Shown one piece after another: positions 13,067 to 25,432 of a stretch of 64,000 nt of DNA (positions are counted from its first letter, which is position 1; each line of letters begins with the position of its first letter). The stretch lies in the NCBI RefSeq assembly GCF_006345805.1, contig NC_043000.1, forward strand, positions 115,010,001-115,074,000. The letters are read 5' to 3'. A program made the position numbers and the translations under genes. The DNA is from Octopus sinensis (Eukaryota). Under the pieces are notes generated by a model, which was not told the origin of the DNA, made no database searches, and was given only the letters and a program-made list of their open reading frames with translations.

Positions 13067-14884
13067 CATTATTATTCTTATTTCAAGTGCACCAAAATAC
13101 TGCTTATGTGTGCAGCATTCTTTTTAGGGCGTAGATATGTTTGCACATTGTCCATTTTGTTTTGTTGTGAAATTAATGTTGTTGCTTCTGGTGTTATTTT
13201 AGTGCTGTTTTGTGTAGAATATGGCACTGGAGTTGTTTTCCATGCTTAATGTTGTATGATGACTGTATAGAGGAGTGGTTTTTATTCAGGGTCTACATGG
13301 CCCTTGAGGGGTCCACATAAGATTTTGTTGCTAAAATTTATGTGCAATAAACTGGTTATTCTTCTATAATGCACATAATTTTTAAAGCTTTTTGTGCAAT
13401 TCCCAATATTATAAGTATTAGAATATAATAGGAACATTTTTTTAAACTTTGAATGGCAATGAGGGTCCAGTAGAGTAAAATAGCAAAGAAAGGGGTCCAG
13501 AGGTAAAAACAAAAATGGTTAATTCTGCTGCTGATGGGGATTGAGTGGGTTGCGCTGTGTGATGTTGTGTTAGGGGGTGATTGTGTAGGGCAGTGGTTTT
13601 CAACCATTTTTGCCCCTGGGCTCCTTTGATTCCCATTTTCTTTGGATGGATGCTGACAGCCATTTGATGTTTGAAAAACAAAAACTTATTTCCAGTCCCA
13701 CTGCACAACTCTTTGGGCAAGTGTCTTCTAGTATAGCCTCCAGCTAACCAAAGCCTTGGGAGTGGATTTGATTGACAGAAACTGAAAGAAGAATTTTCAT
13801 AAAAAATACTTGATATAGCAGCTGTCTCTTAAAAACAAAAAAAAAAAGAATGAAGGTGGAAAGCTGGCAGAATCGTTAGCATGCCAGGCAAAATGCTTAG
13901 CAGTATTTCGTCTGCTGTTACGTTCTGAGTTCAAATTCCGCCGAGGTTGACTTTGCTTTTCATCCTTTCAGGGTCAATAAATTAAGTACCAGTTACACAC
14001 TGGGGTCGATGTAATCGACTTAATCCGTTTGTGTGTCCTTGTTTGTCCCCTCTATGTTTAGCCCCTTGTGGGCAATGAAGAAATAAGAAACTGGAAGAAG
14101 CCCATCATGTATGTATGTATGTATGTGTTTGCGTGTGTGTGTTAGTCCACACACCCTCAACCAGTGCCGGTGTGTTTACATTCCTGTGACTTAACAGTTT
14201 GGCAAAAGAGATCAATACAATAAATACCAGGCTTTGAAAAAAATTAAGTACTGGGGTCAATACATTCAACCAAAATGTCAAGGCGGTGCCCCAGCATGGC
14301 CACAATCAAATGACTGAAATAAGTAAAAGATAAATGACAAATGTTAAATATATTTTGTGGATTTTAGAAGTATAAGCAATTTTAACACAATCTTATGTGG
14401 ACCCCCCAAGGGTTGTATTCACCCTTGGTTTGAGCATGTTTTGTGAGTTGCATCATGAACATAAATGTTAGGTGGTGATTATGGTATTTGTGAACTGTGT
14501 TATGCATTTTAGTATCAGGTGATAATTGTGTCGGGTGTGTCATGGGTGGGTTATTTTGGATGATTATTGTGATAATTATTGATAATATTAAAAGTGAGGA
14601 ATGACATAACCAGTTGTGTGGTGCCAAATTATTGTAATTAAAATTAATAGGTGGGTGACATAATCTATTGAACAACATCAGACTATATTGTTAAAGCACT
14701 GGGAAAAATATGTCTCATAAAGTTTCTTTCAGATCTTTACATTCAGAGTTCAAATCCCACTGAAACCAACCTTCCTTTCATTCATTTTGTTGTTGATAAT
14801 GTACCTGTCATGTCTTTGGATTGATTAATCCCACCCCCCTCTTAATCTGTGGCTTTGTGGTTATGTGAAAAATTATTGATCATT

Positions 14885-15360
14885 GACAGAGCGGCTAACT
14901 GGCTTCCATGCCAGTGACATATAAAAGGCACCATTCGAGTGTGATCGTTACCAGTGTCGCCTTACTGGCACTTGTGCCCCATGCTAGTAGGGTGCTGAGA
15001 GCACCATCTGAGCGTGATCGTTGCCAGAGCGGCTAACTGGCTTCCGTGCCAGTGGCATGTAAAAGGCACTATTCAAGCGTGATCGTTACCAGCATCACCT
15101 TACTGGCACCTGTGCTGGTGGCATGTGTAAAAAGATTCGAGCGAGGTTGTTGCCAGTACCACCTGACTGGCCCCCATGCCGGTGGCACATAAAAGCACCT
15201 ACTACACTCTCGGAGTGGTTGGCGTTAAGAAGGGCATCCAGCTGTAGAAACTCTGCCAGATCAAGACTGGAGCCTGGTGCAGCCATCTGGTTCACCAGCC
15301 CTCCGTCAAACTGTCCAACCCATGCTAGCATGGAAAGCGGACGTTAAACGATGATGATGA
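14885..15360 (+). mobile_element. SINE-like repeat family 2 with internal tandem subunits and (GAT)n tail
   Basis: Subunits gccagtggca..taaaaggcac.attc.agcgtgatcgtt, core aaagcacc.actacactctcggagtggttggc, tail gttaaacgatgatgat. Other copies at about 22780-22945, 32305-32580, 36290-36602, 41018-41470, 46785-47138 and 52258-52475, with reverse copies at 1395-1540, 34030-34320, 44070-44600 and 54395-54720. Confidence 0.8.
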
Positions 15361-16238
15361 GGACGTAGGTAGGGTGGTTGACAGTTGTTATTTTATCAAT
15401 ATCTATATAACTTTACTAAATGTGCAAATGTCACCGTAACCCACTAAAAGGTTTGTGCAGCCAACTTCTAAACCTATGACTGGTTCTGTGAGTCTCTGAT
15501 TTAAGTAAACTATATCGCTTTTGCACCAATGGAGAAGATCTGAGTCATTTTGGAGGATGCAGAGGGGCTGGCACAAGACCACCTGTGATGTGGGGGGCAC
15601 TGATTGACCTGGTCAACTCTATGCATGATGGTGCCTCTGGGACCACTAACCTCTGATGATCCCAGCCTCAGCAAGCAAGATCACAAGTGAGTGATATTGC
15701 TTCACACACACAAAAAAAGTTGTGATCTTGCGCCAATGCAGAAACCATAAATTTTAATAATGGTACTGTTATAAAACTGGACCCTTGAATTACTGGTACA
15801 CTTTATCCAATGGACTTTTGTCTCAACCCAATTTCATTCATACAAATTTGGGTTGAACTAAGCCTCTAGTAAAATTCTAAAGGCTTAGTAAAATGCCCGG
15901 CAGTGAAATTAAACCTTAGACATTCTTATTGTGAAAGAAATTTCTCAACAATTTGGTCATGCCTGCATCCAATTATTATTAATTACACTAACATTTTTAC
16001 GTATACATAAATATGCTGTCTCTATATAATTATTCACTGTCTCAAATATATATTCAGACACACATAAATATACATATATACCAAGTCACAAAGATATCAT
16101 CATTTATGTGTGTTTATGTATGTGTATATATATGTATACACACACAATTTGTGTGTTTGTGTGTCTATGGATATAGACACACCTGTGGTGCACCTGAACA
16201 CTGTATGCAATAATTTCATTTCATTATTATAAATATAT

Positions 16239-16281
<43 letters not shown>

Positions 16282-16859
16282 ATGAAATGACACAGAAATA
16301 AATGATTATCTTATGAACTTCATTATCTTACAGCTGTTCCTACTATAAGATGCAATGGGCTCATAACTGAGTGTCTGAGTAACACCTTTTAGCTTCACTG
16401 GAGCTTTGAATATGACTTCATATCTGAAGCTCTAGAGAAACTATAAAATGTTACTCAAGCACTCAACATCTTATAGCATAAACGGCTGTAAGCAAATGAA
16501 GTCCATAACATAATTGTTTATTCCTGTGTCATCTCATTTTTTTATTACCACTCTGTGCTCAACTAATCCTTTGTTCAGAAGTGTGTACAGTAATCCCTCA
16601 ACTATCATGGGTGAGCCATTCAGGAATTCAAGAGGATGAATTTGTGGTGTGCTCATACTGCGTACTACCCCAGTGCATCTATCACATACAAAGCTTATGC
16701 TTTCTACTAGTTTATTTGCAGTTCAATCACGTCTCACTTAGTACAGTGTATGGAGTAGAAACCTACACCTTTTTGGCAAGTCTATTTCCCTGAAGGTACC
16801 AGGGTCCCATCTTTTGTCCATTTTACTTAAAAACTTTATCTATGCTAAGTTTATATGGA

Positions 16860-17112
16860 ACAAGTATGGAACAAACTGCCGGAGCAGTTGTCGGAGCACT
16901 GCATCCTTCAAAACTTCCATGCTTCCTGAGATTCGCCAACACTACACCTGATTTTCTCCTCTCCATACACACACAAGCATGTATCTGACTCCTGTTCACT
17001 TTCCAGACATTTGTACATTACTGCATATGCCTTATACGCACTTTTGACAAGTTGTGGTGCACCTGAGCACTATACAATAATTTCATTATTATTATTATTA
17101 TTATTATTATAT
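16860..17112 (+). mobile_element. 3' end of a CR1/L2-like LINE
   Basis: A WNKLP remnant followed by a 3' UTR ending gtgcacctgagcactatacaataatttc(att)n. The same terminus occurs at about 16185-16230 and at 53085-53120. Confidence 0.6.
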
Positions 17113-17226
17113 TCAGACCTCTAGATTCTAGGCTTAGCTTCCAAACCTAGAATTTCTTCTCTCAAAAAAGGATGTGAAAGCAATGATGAGGATGATGGTT
17201 TTAAAGCTATCTGCAAATATATATAC

Positions 17227-17600
17227 TCTTTACTCTTTTACTTGTTTCAGTCATTTGACTGTAGCCATGCTAGAGCACCGCCTTTAGTCGAGCAAATTGA
17301 CTTATTCTTTGTAAGCCTAGTACTTATTCTATCGGTCTCTTTTGCTGAACTGCTAAGTTACGGGGATGTAAACACACCAGCATCGGTTGTCAAGCGATGT
17401 TGGGGGACAAACACATACACACCTACATATATATACATATATACGACAGGCTTCTTTCAGTTTCCATCTACCAAATCCACTCACAAGGCTTTGGTTGGCC
17501 CAAGGCTATAGTAGAAGACACTTGCCCAAGGTGCCATGCAGTGGGACTGAACCCGGAACCATGTGGTTGGTAAGTAAGCTACTTACCACACAGCCATCCT
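17227..17600 (-). mobile_element. tRNA-derived SINE (family 3)
   Basis: Minus-strand head ...gctgtgtggtaagtagcttacttaccaaccacatggttccgggttcagtccc, central microsatellite and (aaaagagt)n tail. Partial copies at about 14090-14335, 19315-19415, 19445-19730, 21535-21740 and 27510-27635. Confidence 0.85.
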
Positions 17601-17601
17601 C

Positions 17602-18540
17602 ATAGGTTAGCTCTCTATAGAGATGATGGCCTGGCTATTTCAAACCATATGAATGCTATGGACAGGTTCAGGAAGGACTTAATTAAAATATTCAAAGAGT
17701 TTGGCCTCTCCATAATGGTTACTATCAACTTGACTACAGTAGATTTCTTGGACACAACCTTAGACCTGAGCGCAGGCAAATGCTATCCCTACAGAAGCCT
17801 AATGAAGAAACAATATATATCCATAAGAGTTAACACCCCACCCCCCACGCTGCAATTAGAAACCTGGTTTCAGGCATTAGCAAACAGGTTTCTAAATTCT
17901 CAGCTAACATGGAGATCTTTCATAGGGCTGCCACCCACTAAAATGATGCTTTGGCTAAGAGTGAATTTTCTGAGAAGCTCACGTAGCCAGGGGTATCATG
18001 TCATTAATAAACATTTCCCCAGAGACCACAAGTATTACAAACTCTCACTCCAACCCCACCCCATAATGTCAAGGTAAGCTACACCTGCTTAGATAACACC
18101 TCACCTAACACTGCATGTATCAACAGACATAAAAACACACTCACACAACCCCCAACTTGCACCTGACAAAACCCTACTACCTGCCCTATGGGAGGATCCT
18201 GCCTCTCAAGGGCTGTAGTATACAGAGCCATCCTTACACCATCTGATGGCGTTACTAGGCACTACATGGGCATGACAGCCAATGACTTCAAGAGAAGATA
18301 TTCCCAGCACTTGCATTCATTTAGATCCAGGGACAGAAAGAACTCCACTTCCCTGTTGTGCTTTCTCTGGAGACTTTGTGACCTCCAAGACAAAATACCC
18401 AGCATCAAGTGGATTATTATCAATAGGGTGCCTCTATAAAAATTGCATATCATCTACCAGCCTGCAGTATCCATCAACAAGAAATATGAGGTATCATATT
18501 GCTGTCACCAGAGGTACACCCTTCTGGTAAATTTCAAGTC
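17602..18540 (+). mobile_element. Penelope-like retroelement fragment (RT + GIY-YIG endonuclease), frameshifted
   Basis: YRDDGL (17616)...VDFLDTTLDL...G.CYPYR.PN is RT-like. CPMGGSCL...VVYRA...HYMGMTANDFKRRYSQHLHSFR...NSTSL is GIY-YIG-like. Confidence 0.85.
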
Positions 18541-18689
18541 ACTAGCTGCTGACAACCCGGATATACCGCCTAAGTACCAACCACCCTTAGCACCACCTGC
18601 ACCAAGGTCACCGGTACAAATTAACCCTCATGAACAGCACCACAAATCGCTAATCTCCGTACCTGTCTACCCACATACTCTCACCTCTT

Positions 18690-19020
18690 GTACATCCCTC
18701 CTTATGCATGACTGCATGACAATATGTGCACACATGCATGCATGTGCATGAGTATGCATATACATCTGCTCGTAATATGCACGTGCACAAACACCTATAT
18801 ACAGGTGCACCCATGCATGTGCATGTGTGTACACATGCACACATTTGTGTACACGTGTGCATGTACTCATGTGCATGGAGATAAAGGTGTGTATATGTGC
18901 CTTCGTGTGTATGTGTACGTGCATAGCTGTGTGAATGTACATCAAAGCACACATACATACTCATAAGTATGGATGCATACATGCAGATATATGGGCATAT
19001 ACATGTACATATATACCCCC
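18690..19020. repeat. Degenerate (GCAT/GTAC/CA) low-complexity repeat
   Basis: Alternating purine-pyrimidine text that gives H/M/C/V-rich ORFs on both strands. Confidence 0.8.
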
Positions 19021-19990
19021 ACATCTACCACCACCACAACACAACCGATTCCTTGTCCACCACGTGGTTGATTTCCTGTTCACTATACAGTATTTTCCAA
19101 CTAAATGTTGTTGCTGAAATACCAGCATCAAACTGCTATGCCATGTGACCTTCCTCAACCAATTGCTAATGTCCGGTAATAAACATTTGACCCTCTTCAA
19201 TCGAACTCTCATTCAAACCCCAATGGCCAAAGACTAGCCACACACTTGAAACTCAGAGTACCAAGGCATTTGAATCAAACTATTTTCATCAAAGCATGTA
19301 ACTTCCAATATATAGGCACAGGAGTGGCTATGTGGTAAGTAGCTTGCTTATGAACCACATGGTTCTGGGTTCAGTCCCACTGTGTAGCACCTTGGGCAAG
19401 TGCCTTCTACTATAGCTTTTAGCCAAATGAATCAACCCCAGTTTTGTTTTTTTTAAGCCTGTTACTTATTCTATCAGTCTCTTTTGCTGAAGTGCTAAGT
19501 TACAGGGATGTAAACACACAAACACTGGTTCTCAAGCAGTGATTGTGGACAAACACACACACACACACACACACACATAATGGGCTTCTTTCAATTTCGA
19601 TCTACCCAATCCAATCACAAGGCTTTGGTTGGCCTGGGTCAGTAGTAGAAGACACTTGCCCAAGGTGTCACTGAGTGGGACTGAACCTGGATCCATGTGG
19701 TTGAAAAGGAACTTTTTACCATACAGCCAAGACAATTTTGAGAAGTGGTATTTGATAGATGCTGTGAGAGGAGAGAAATGAATAAACTGTGTTTAGGAGG
19801 GAAAGGTGTCTTTGATTGAACTATTTCAGTAAAGTAAAAATACATCAGAGCTTGTGGATATGTAACACATCCCTGTTTTATTCCCTCATCTTCTATGAGG
19901 ACACCCTTGCTTACTCTGTCTCATTTAAAACACTTGTAGTTGTAAACTTTTACTAATGAACCAACATGGGAAAATTGGTGGAATTTTGCT

Positions 19991-20471
19991 TTAACCCTTT
20001 CGATATCAACCTGACTGAAACCACCTCTGGCTCTGAGTACAAATGTATTGTTTTCCTAAGTTTTTAATTAAAATCTTCCACCAAACCTTAGTCACAATTT
20101 ATGTTCCTAACACCAGCTTAATGATAACCAAGTTATTTTACTAAATTCTTAGTTATATTTAAAATTAATTGAAAGAAACACAGAGCATCTCAACAGAAAT
20201 ATGATGACAAAAGAGTTAAAATATATAATAGAGAAACAATTCTTAACCCTTTCGATATCAACCTGGCTGAAACCAGCTCTAGCTCTGAGTACAAATGTGT
20301 TGTTTTCATAAGTTTTGAATTAATATCTTCCACCAAACCTTAGCCACAATTTATGTTACTAACACTAGCTTAATGATAACTAAGTTATTTTACTAAATTC
20401 TTTGTTATATTTAAAATTGATTGAAAGAAACACAGAGCATCTCAAAATAAATGCAGTAATAAAAGGGTTAA
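19991..20471 (+). mobile_element. Tandem dimer of a ~229-bp piggyBac-like MITE
   Basis: Units TTAA-CCCTT...AAG(G/A)G-TTAA at 19991-20219 and 20243-20471, separated by aatatataatagagaaacaattc. Confidence 0.75.
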
Positions 20472-20927
20472 GCATACCAAATGGCCCCTTGTAACTTTTT
20501 TATCTTTTGGAATTTTCAGAAAATATTTGCAAATTTTTATTCTACACATAGGAATTCACACAACTATGACAAAAACAAGTTGTTTTTTAAAATCTTTTGG
20601 TTAATTTTTCTGAATTTTTCTTTCTAAATCAGTTTTAAATGCAGACAGTCCAAGTTTTTAGCTTAAATCCTGACAATAGACCATTAAATCTGTTTGTGGG
20701 GAGAAAGATATTGTGAAATATATGTCAGACTGATAAGCAAACAATAAGGGTATGAGGTGGTCAGGAGTTCTGCTAAAAATAAGAGCTAAATAGGCCTTAA
20801 ATCATGCACCAGAATTTTTTTTTATTTTGTAATCATATAAACTCCCATGTGAAGAGCAAAAATTTGCAAAAAATTTCTGAAAATTCTAAAAATTAAAAAA
20901 GTTACGAGGGATTATATGGCATGCTTA
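20469..20927. mobile_element. Fold-back MITE with ~70-bp TIRs
   Basis: taagcatacca...ttgtaacttttt...gaattttcagaaa...tttgcaaatttt at the left end is mirrored by aaaatttgcaaa...tttctgaaaattc...aaaaagttacgaggg...tggcatgctta at the right end. Confidence 0.7.
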
Positions 20928-21792
20928 TAGCAGAACTCTGCCAGAGAATCTACCTAGTTACCTGTCCTGCTAGATATAACAGCCAAGCATCATTCAAATT
21001 ACACCCTACCTACTTAAGAAAGAGAAGAATATATTGGGTAATGTTGTTGTCTTTCATACACAGCATAAAAGGTGGGATGGTCACAGTTGGAGCATCTTTG
21101 ATGAAGTGGTGTGTTGGATCTAAGCTGATCCCCAGCCAGCAAGTTGGTAAGAAACCCTTCATGCGGGTGCTTCAGTTGCTAAAAGTAACTGCTAAATGAT
21201 CCTTAAATCACAGAAAAGGGTAAGGCACACAAGATAATGGGGTCTCTGGTGTATTGGCAAAGAGTTTATTAGTAATAAAAGAAAGGTAGTGGTACTGAAA
21301 ACAAGTACCCAATGTGGGGTACTCTGCATGTTAAATACACATACAATAGGGTCTCACAAGAAATTAAGTTGAAAAACTTTTATTGTCTGAGATTATCCAA
21401 ACATTTAGTAGGTAAATATTCCTTCCTAAACCATGAAAGATTACATGTACTATCATGCAAATAAGTTGTACCTGATATAATTTTTTCATCTTTGTAGATA
21501 AGGAGTTTTCAGCTACTAATCACCAGCAAGACTTTATCTTTTTTTTTACGCGTTTATTTGACTGCGGCCATGCTGGGGCACTGCCTTGAAGGGATTTAGT
21601 TGAAGAAATCTACCCCAGGATTTATTTCTTATGCCTAGTATTTATTCTATCGGTCACTTTTGCTGAACTTTCTAAGTTAAAGGGATGTAAACACACCAAC
21701 ACCAGTTGTCAAGCAGTGGTAGGGGACAAACAGACACACAGATATATATATATACATATATATATGTATGTATGTATGCATGTATGTATATA

Positions 21793-22058
21793 CATGGAGG
21801 TGTAGCTAGGGTGAGGCAAGCAGGGCACCACTTGGAGCAGGGGGTGCAATTTTGACCAAAACTATTTTCTAATTAAGCCATTAAAAAAGTTTTAAAACCT
21901 TTTCAGGCATGGTCTGTTTTGCTTATTACCATCCATGCCACTAGATAGAATAGGCGTTCTTTGTTGACTTCAGAGATTGCATGTGCTGCTTTTTGGTTGG
22001 GGAGGGGGCACAATTTTGATGCTTGTCCTGGGTGCCATTTACCCTAGCAATGCCCCTG
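21793..22058. mobile_element. Possible hAT-type MITE
   Basis: Degenerate TIRs gg.gtagctagggt / accctagcaatgcccctg. Confidence 0.4.
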
Positions 22059-24720
22059 AATGTGTGTGTATATATATATATATATATATTCACACACATA
22101 CACATCAGATAATTTAATGGGTTTGAACTATAAGATTCCCTTATACATAACCTGTATCTATTCAAACTAGCACTATAAGGTGGCGGGGAGGCTCTGTAAT
22201 TATGGACCAGGATAAAGTATGATCAATGTTGCTATCTCTTAGGTATATATGAGGCGAGAGTCATTGAGCTTTTATACTTAACTTTAGAAAAGGAATTTAA
22301 ATGGGCTCTATACCCCAAGGGCGACCAGACAGCTATAAGGGGTGTGAGCTGGTCAGCTGAGTTTGCTCTCCACTGTGCTGCTGTGCCCTTGACAGCAGTT
22401 GGCATAGGCTGCTGGGCGCCTGGTGGAAGACTGGTGCCTAATCGTGTCCGTGCTCATCATCAACCGATAGCTTGCCTTCCTTCACTCTCTCCTGCCCATC
22501 CTGGTCCATGCAGACACGAACATGCTCCTTCCGCATTCCAGCTGCTCCTCTGGAAACGGCCGTAGAAAGTAATTTTCCTCTTAATGTATTATGTACTATT
22601 TATATTTTTTTTTAAAACAAATTGAACTTCAATGATTTATTAATTGGCATTTTTAGACACTCTTAACCACTCTTAATTTTAGTATTAAAAAAAATTCTTA
22701 CTAGTTCTCTTTTTCTCTCACTTTTTTTCCATATACATCCCATGTATATTCTATTTACATTTATTTTTATGGGGCACGTAAAAAGTACCCACTACACTCT
22801 TGGAGTGGTTGGTGTTAGGAAGGGCATCCAGCTGTAGAAATACTGCCAGATCAGATTGGGGCCTGGTGCAGCTGCTGGTCTCCCCAAACCTCAGTCAAAT
22901 CATCTAACCCATGCCAAAATGGAAAACGGATGTTAAACGATGATGATAATGATGATGACACACAGCAGTCTTCTTTCAGTTTCCATCTACCAAATCTACT
23001 CACAGAGCTTTGGTCAGTCCAAGGCTATAGTAGAAGACACTTGTCTAAGGTGGAACTGAACCCAGAACCATGTGGTTCAGAAGCAAGTTTTTTAAAAAAC
23101 AGCCATGCCTGCGCCCATTGAGGCTAAATATTTTTTATCTTATTGGATTGGTCTGGAGCAGTGGTTCATAAACATCATTTGTTTTTCTTTTTGTAACACC
23201 CTCCCCCCACATCATTTTAAGTTGTCGTTATGCTCAACACCCACCCAATTGGTGAGTGAGGTATCATGACAAAACTAATAAAACATGGATGATACTCTAT
23301 AAATTTTACTATAAAATGGATTTTATAAGTTTTTAACAGTGAAATCTTAAACAATTAGTAAAGACAGAAGTTGTAAATTTAATTTAAACATTGCAAGTTT
23401 ATAACTTCCCTGTGTTTGTTGAGATCTTTTATTTTAATAACTTGTTTTATAGTATATAATATAATCAAGTAGCCAACTATAAATGGTGTTTCCTGGGGCT
23501 AAATAGCAGTAGCAATCTTCCCTTTCCTGGGACTGCCACATCAAGTTGGCAACAAACCATCACTTAATCATTCTGCTACTGTATAACTCTCTCTAAGAGA
23601 TTTAGAAATGCAATATTTCTAATATAATTACTACTATAGATAAAATTCAGTGTGTTCATAATGTTACCTCACTACTCCCTGTAGCCTAATGCCTCCTTCA
23701 ACATGCCAAGCACCCCCTTGGGGGTGGTACCACCCACGTTGAGAACCTTTGGTCTGGAGGAAGAAGTTGTGGCCATGATCAATGCTGGATATGTAGCATT
23801 GTGAGATTGACCAGGTTAACATTGCTGTTGAAAAGTTGTAAGTTAATGGTTAAATAATAAATGCGCCCTTTTAAAGCCTAGCCAGGCTCATGGGCCCAGT
23901 TTCCTTGTTTCAATGGTGTATGTGTTCCCCAGCTGGACGGGACGCCAGTCCATTGCAGCGTTACTCATTTTTGTCAGCTGAGTGGACTGGAGGAACATGA
24001 AATGAAGTGTTTTGCTTGAGAACACAACGTGTCGCCTGGTCCAGGAATCGAAACCACAATCTTACGATCATGATGCTGACACCCTAACCACTAAGCCACC
24101 TGCCTCCACAAGTTAATGGTTGCCAGATATAAATATGAATTTGTATGCTTGTTGTCACTGGGGTAGAGGGACAGAGTAGAAAGTGACAAGAGAGAGAGGA
24201 GGTGGAAGGGGGGGAATCAGTTTAGGTGGCCTGGGTGGAAAGAGGGTATCTAAAATTGGTAGTTTAAAGGAACAGAGGCCATTGTACAGGTAATAATAGT
24301 AAAGGTAAAAGAGGTTGTGTTTTGGGATGGCCTTCATATATATATATATATATAATGTGGTGGAGGTTGTTTGTTTAACCCCAGCTCAATCCTAATCAAG
24401 CAGTAGATGTATAGGATCAGACATTCCTACCTTTTCCTGTTTTTCCAAGTGGCTACAACTGAGATGTATCTCACCATGCTACACTGGGAATCTGTCCCCT
24501 TATTTGATTTGGTCAGTCTTCAGTTGAATGTTTTATGTCACTGCCAGTACTCTCAAAATACCGTTGAGTGGACTTTGTCTTCGATTAGGATGCAGAGCTC
24601 TGCAGAATATAGCATTCAATGTGACCTGGATAACACTGACCATGTATCCATAAATCTTCTCAAGGATTTGTGCTCATGCCATGAGATATTTTGAGCCCTG
24701 GAAAGCCAGTGTATCTACCA

Positions 24721-25432
24721 TTAACCCTTTCGTTACTGTATTTTCTTTTTGAGATGCTCTCTGTTTCTTTCAATTAATTTTAAATATAACAAAGAATTTA
24801 GTAAAATAACTTGGTTATCATTCAGCTAGTGTTAGGAACATAAATTGTGACTAAGGTTTGGTGGAAGATTTTAATGCAAAACTTATGAAAACAAGACATT
24901 TGTACTCAGAGCCAGAGCTGGTTTCAGCCAGGTTGGTATCAAAAGGGTTAAGAATTGTTTCTCTATTATTTATTCTAACCCTTTTCATTACCAATATTTC
25001 TGTTGAGATGTTCTGTGTTTCTTTCAATTAATTTTAAATATAACAAAGAATTTAGTAAAATAACTTAGTTATCATTAAGCTGGTGTTAGTAACATAAATT
25101 GTGACTAAGGTTTGGTGGAAGATTTTAATTTAAAACTTATGAAAACAAGACATTTGTACTCAGAACCAGAGGTGGTTTCAGCCAGGTTGGTATCGAAAGG
25201 GTTAAAAATTGTTTCTCTGTTATATATATTTTAACCTTTTTATTACCGTATTTCTGTTGAGATGCTCTGTGTTTCTTTCAATTACTTTAGATATAACAAA
25301 GAATTTAGTAAAATAACTTGGTTATCATTAAGGAACATAAATTGTGACTAAGGTTTGGTGGAAGATTTTAATTCAAAACTTATCAAAAGAAAACATTTGT
25401 ACTCAGAGCCAGGTTGGTAATGAAAGGGTTAA
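24721..25432 (-). mobile_element. Tandem trimer of the same piggyBac-like MITE
   Basis: Reverse units at 24721-24951, about 24975-25205 and 25231-25432 (the third has deletions). Spacers are the reverse complement of the 20220-20242 spacer. Confidence 0.75.

Noticed and set aside
15530-15695. Candidate exon ending in a gtgagt donor
   Set aside because: No polypyrimidine acceptor, and stops lie close upstream in the frames read.
18650-19024. Cys/His/Met-rich ORFs suggesting a metal-binding protein
   Set aside because: Alternating purine-pyrimidine simple repeat, open on both strands.
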